Positions 60,577 through 64,000 of a stretch of DNA of 64,000 nucleotides are shown piece by piece. The translations under genes and the position numbers were made by a program. The stretch covers positions 186,001 through 250,000 of the forward strand of contig NW_020846500.1 of assembly GCF_003704095.1 (NCBI RefSeq), given 5' to 3'. This DNA is from Pocillopora damicornis. Its lineage: Eukaryota. Every line of letters starts with the position of its first letter. Positions within the stretch are counted from its first letter, which is position 1. Under the pieces are notes generated by a model, which was not told the origin of the DNA, made no database searches, and saw only the letters and a list, made by a program, of their open reading frames with translations.

Positions 60577-61140
60577 ATGAGTAAGTTTTATGAAGTATCG
60601 AAAGTGCTCGATAAGCGTACGGACGCTCACGGTCGCGTTCAGTACCTCGTCCGCTGGCGTGGCTATGGAAAGAAGTACGATAGCTGGGTGGATGAAACGG
60701 ATACAAACGAGCGCCTAAAACAAGTGTTTAGGACACGCCACCAAGGAACTCCAGGCTTGCTGCAGACCTTGGCTGTGTTAGTTGCAGAGGAGCTGAACAT
60801 GAAGAAACTGCCAACAACCAGCATCGTGAGACGTGCGTCCGTTACCATGCCGATGGATACCGAGACCTTTAAAGAGTTGTTCGGTGGACTTCCTTCCACG
60901 CCAAATCTCTTGCGAGCGACGAAGTTTTCTGTGCCCATTCACGAGCTTGACGCCATAATGCCTGCCGGATGGTCATTAAACACTTTCAAAACCTCCACGA
61001 CTTGTCGGTTGCAGCCCGGCAAGCCTGTCGAGATTGCTCTTTTAGAGCGCAAAAAAGTGTTTTTTGATCATTCGGGGTGTTTGCGCTGTCAAGGTGGGAA
61101 TGGAGCCCCCGTCGCTTGTAAAGACGTGGTGCGGAAATAA
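60577..61140 (+). CDS. Intronless chromodomain protein (187 aa) with an unrecognised C-terminal domain containing H-x2-C-x2-C-x9-C
   Basis: FYEVSKVLDKR...QYLVRWRGYGKKYDSWVDE is a canonical chromodomain with Y/W/Y aromatic cage; AACATGA start context; GC-rich relative to flanks. Confidence 0.78.
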   Translation: MSKFYEVSKVLDKRTDAHGRVQYLVRWRGYGKKYDSWVDETDTNERLKQVFRTRHQGTPGLLQTLAVLVAEELNMKKLPTTSIVRRASVTMPMDTETFKELFGGLPSTPNLLRATKFSVPIHELDAIMPAGWSLNTFKTSTTCRLQPGKPVEIALLERKKVFFDHSGCLRCQGGNGAPVACKDVVRK

Positions 61141-62182
61141 GTGTTCGGTTCAACTCTTTTAAAGGTCTCATTCTACCGTGAGCGGAACAAGCAAGCCGAG
61201 CGAAAGCCCAAGGAGCGCACGAGACTAACCTGGGCGAAACCAAGATCAGTGGCCAAGTAGATAACAGTGACCTATATATACGGTATATTTTGTCAAGTTA
61301 CTGTATAATCTCTAAAATATACTTCTGTATTGAGAGTGACGCTCAATTATTTGAAGTTATCGAGTCTTACATAGGACAGCGAATTGTTTTTTTGAATTTT
61401 TTTCTGACCTCCACAGTGTGTTCCATTTGTGCTTTCATTATAGAGTCGGCGTTTTGAGAATGCTTGGACGTTTTGCACTGAGAATTTTTATCAGCAACTC
61501 ATTCGCTGCACTCACAACAGAGGAAACTGGTTTGTACTTAACTCCAAAAGTGAATGAATTGTGGTAGGATCCACTTGAGCGGCTCAATTCAAGCTTAACA
61601 TGATTTCATGGGCTTTTAAAGGGAGAAAGGAAATCATTTTTTTATTTTACTTATTCGACACGTGATTGTTTTTTTTTTCATTCTTTTCCGTCTATCTTTG
61701 ATTTAACTTCGCGATTTGACTTAATTGAATTCAGTAGGCCACTGTTTATACATACATGCTCAGAGTAAAATAAATGCTATTATTGTAACCAATCAACCGT
61801 TTGTATTGAACTCAAAATAGGAAGTATAAATAGTTCTAAAAAAGCTTAACTGTGGTCTTTTGTTGGTACTGTGAGTAACGTCAATACTGTCAAATTTATC
61901 TTTAAAACAAGAAATATTTGCCTAACAACCATCAGCGCCTCTTAAGGTTGCATGCACAAGAAATAAAATACATCGCAGTTCCTTTTTCAATACGAGACCA
62001 AAATAGCAGGTAGAGAAACTTTAGTATCTTGTTGGGACTTGGTGGTTAGTGTTCCACAATATACCTCTCGTGTTCTTATTTTATAGTTATGAAGCTATAC
62101 CCAAGCAAATATTCTACACCGACAACGTCGTTCAAACTGACATCGGCCTGTCTCATCAAAAAAATTATTATCAGGAGTGAAA

Positions 62183-62338
62183 TATGTGCTTATTAACTGA
62201 GTGGGAGAGTCGGACAGAAAAATATTTGGCTCGAGGTCATGACGTTAAGACCGAGCGCAGCGAAGTCCGTTACCCCATGAACAAGAGCCAAATATCTTAG
62301 TGTCCGGCCGACCAAACTTAGTCGGTAAGCATTTCATG
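62183..62338. mobile_element. Palindromic MITE
   Basis: TGCTTATTAACTGAGT..CGGAC..ATATTTGGCTC..CATG pairs with CATG..GAGCCAAATAT..GTCCG..ACTTAGTCGGTAAGCA as a fold-back. Confidence 0.6.
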
Positions 62339-62351
62339 ATATGGTGTCAAA

Positions 62352-63202
62352 TTAAGGAGGCTCCAAAGGGTTTTTTGACCGTGTGAGATCTAGGTGCGAA
62401 CATAGTGCGGGCTTTGAAAGTGTCAACATGCAAAACAAACATGGCGGCTCGATGTCATCGCACATCGTTAGCTGAAGAAGTGTTTTAAAACAGTTTAACA
62501 CGATACAGTTTTTTAGGTGATGGTATCTAGGGTTTCCAGTAACTGCACCCGTAATATTTATAGACCATCTACGCCCGAAAAATACTTCAACCGAAAAGAT
62601 TGCCAAAATGCGACAGATTCGAAAGTTTACGCATGCTCAGATACAGATCTCGGCGAAGTTCTATTCCATTACGTAATATTTTGCCACAAAGAAAATAGGG
62701 ATCTATCGGGCAAGATTTCTCGAGTTTTCTTCCATGGAATTTCCTAACATTTACTGGAACGTTTAACATATTTGTGCCCTTCCTCAATAAAAAAAATGAT
62801 AAAATAATAAAAACAGCTCACAGGACCAAATTTAAGATGGAGCAAGAAAACACAAGATTGCAAATAGCGAGGAAGCTTTCCTTTCAACCCCGATTTTTGG
62901 GAGCTTTTAAATAAATCTCTCAAAATTTTCACAACATTTTGACAGATTTCACCGAAGCAAATTGAGGAAAATCAAAGGCAAAGCCAAATTATTACTTGCG
63001 AGCGCCTCCCCTCATGGAGCCTTAGCTTAAAAGCGAAAAAATTTTGATAATATTTATTACAGCAAACGATAGTTCGAGCCTTGCTCATCGCCTTTTGATG
63101 GCTTTTAGTGACCTTGAAAAGCCAAAACATAAAATTTTCTAGAAAAAAATTACGTTGACGCGCGCGACAACATTGAGAAAAAACCCTTTAGAGCCTACTT
63201 AT
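62352..63202. mobile_element. ~850-bp non-autonomous DNA transposon with a TTAA target site (Kolobok-like termini)
   Basis: Left TTAA-GGAGGCTCCAAAGGGTTTTTT; the right end AAAAAACCCTTTAGAGCCTAC-TTAT is its inverted repeat with few mismatches; no transposase ORF inside. Confidence 0.6.
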
Positions 63203-63479
63203 GTAAGACGCGATAGATCAGTGCACGTGCGACAACCACAAAAAAATTATATAACAATAGTTCTCCTTTATTTTTTTGAAGTCAAAATAACGAAGGCGAA
63301 AGAGTCTTATGATACTAATTGTTATGTAATATGCTTCTAACGTCTGAAAACGTGAGTAACGTCTGGTTTCAATTTGCATCTGATTGGTCGAGAGCTTTGC
63401 GCTCATGATGTAAACCAATCATATTCCGGATTATTCCCGACATATAGTCCAAAACTGCACCTGCTCTGTATCCGAGCGT

Positions 63480-63807
63480 ATGCAGTCGTTGACCACAGTG
63501 ACCATGAAACCAACTCGAGAGCGCCTCTTTCCACCGTTATACAATAATGTCGAAAAAAGGCAGGAGTTTCAAACAAACTCGCGCCCCCCTCGTTCAGGAT
63601 TCAAAGGCGATACTTTCGCTGCCAGCAGCCATTGTGCAACACATGCAGCAGTTAATGAACAAAAAAACCGTGCAGATCTTGTAGAAGGAAATAGAGATTT
63701 ACAATTGCACTTGGTACCGAACCAACGTTTCTCCCGAAGGCATGGGTCGCTAATCTCAGATTGTTCTCACCGCAGAGAACAAAAGTTCCTATGTGACCAG
63801 AAAGGAG
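63480..63807 (+). CDS. Probable first coding exon of a gene running off the window (unknown product)
   Basis: ORF MQSLTTVTMKPTRERLFPPLYNN... with a strong donor GGAG|GTAAGG at 63807; two CCAAT boxes (ATTGG ~63383, CCAAT ~63415) upstream. Confidence 0.4.
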
Positions 63808-64000
63808 GTAAGGTGCATTTTTATCGTACTAAAAGAATGCTTGTTATCTTCGAGAGTAACGAATTGCAGAGTTCTTTGCACGATATTGACAGCGGTGAAC
63901 TTTGCTTCCCATTGCATAATCTGCCAGATGCTAAAATCAGGGCAGGCAACTTTTAGGCCACTGAATTTTACGGCAATGAGGGCAAAACTACTTCACCACA

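Overview
AT-rich, intron-containing animal genomic DNA, most likely a cnidarian and probably a stony coral (inferred from the repeat families, the GPCR type and the PAN/EGF/pentraxin gene), with four ~100-N scaffold gaps. The main genes are two very large coiled-coil genes that are collinear paralogs transcribed away from each other (2204-7684 minus, ~1801 aa; 38014-43497 plus, ~1628 aa), each with its whole rod in one giant exon. Between them lie a single-coding-exon class A GPCR (19284-20474), a 104-aa helical protein (22446-22760) and a gap-bounded block of direct and inverted duplications (23980-37606). Downstream are a 9-exon secreted protein with signal peptide, PAN, EGF and three pentraxin domains (46176-54769 minus, ~821 aa, reconstructed from splice phases), an orphan disordered ORF (57018-58208), an intronless chromodomain gene with an unrecognised C-terminal domain in a transposon-rich patch (60577-61140) and a probable first exon at the right edge. 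Repeats include TTAA-flanked MITEs, tRNA- and Deu/Nin-type SINE remnants, a Penelope-type minimal hammerhead ribozyme and 20-bp and ~100-bp tandem arrays. The best novelty candidates are the hendecad coiled-coil paralog pair (possible heteropolymeric filament system), the chromodomain gene and the triple-pentraxin protein.
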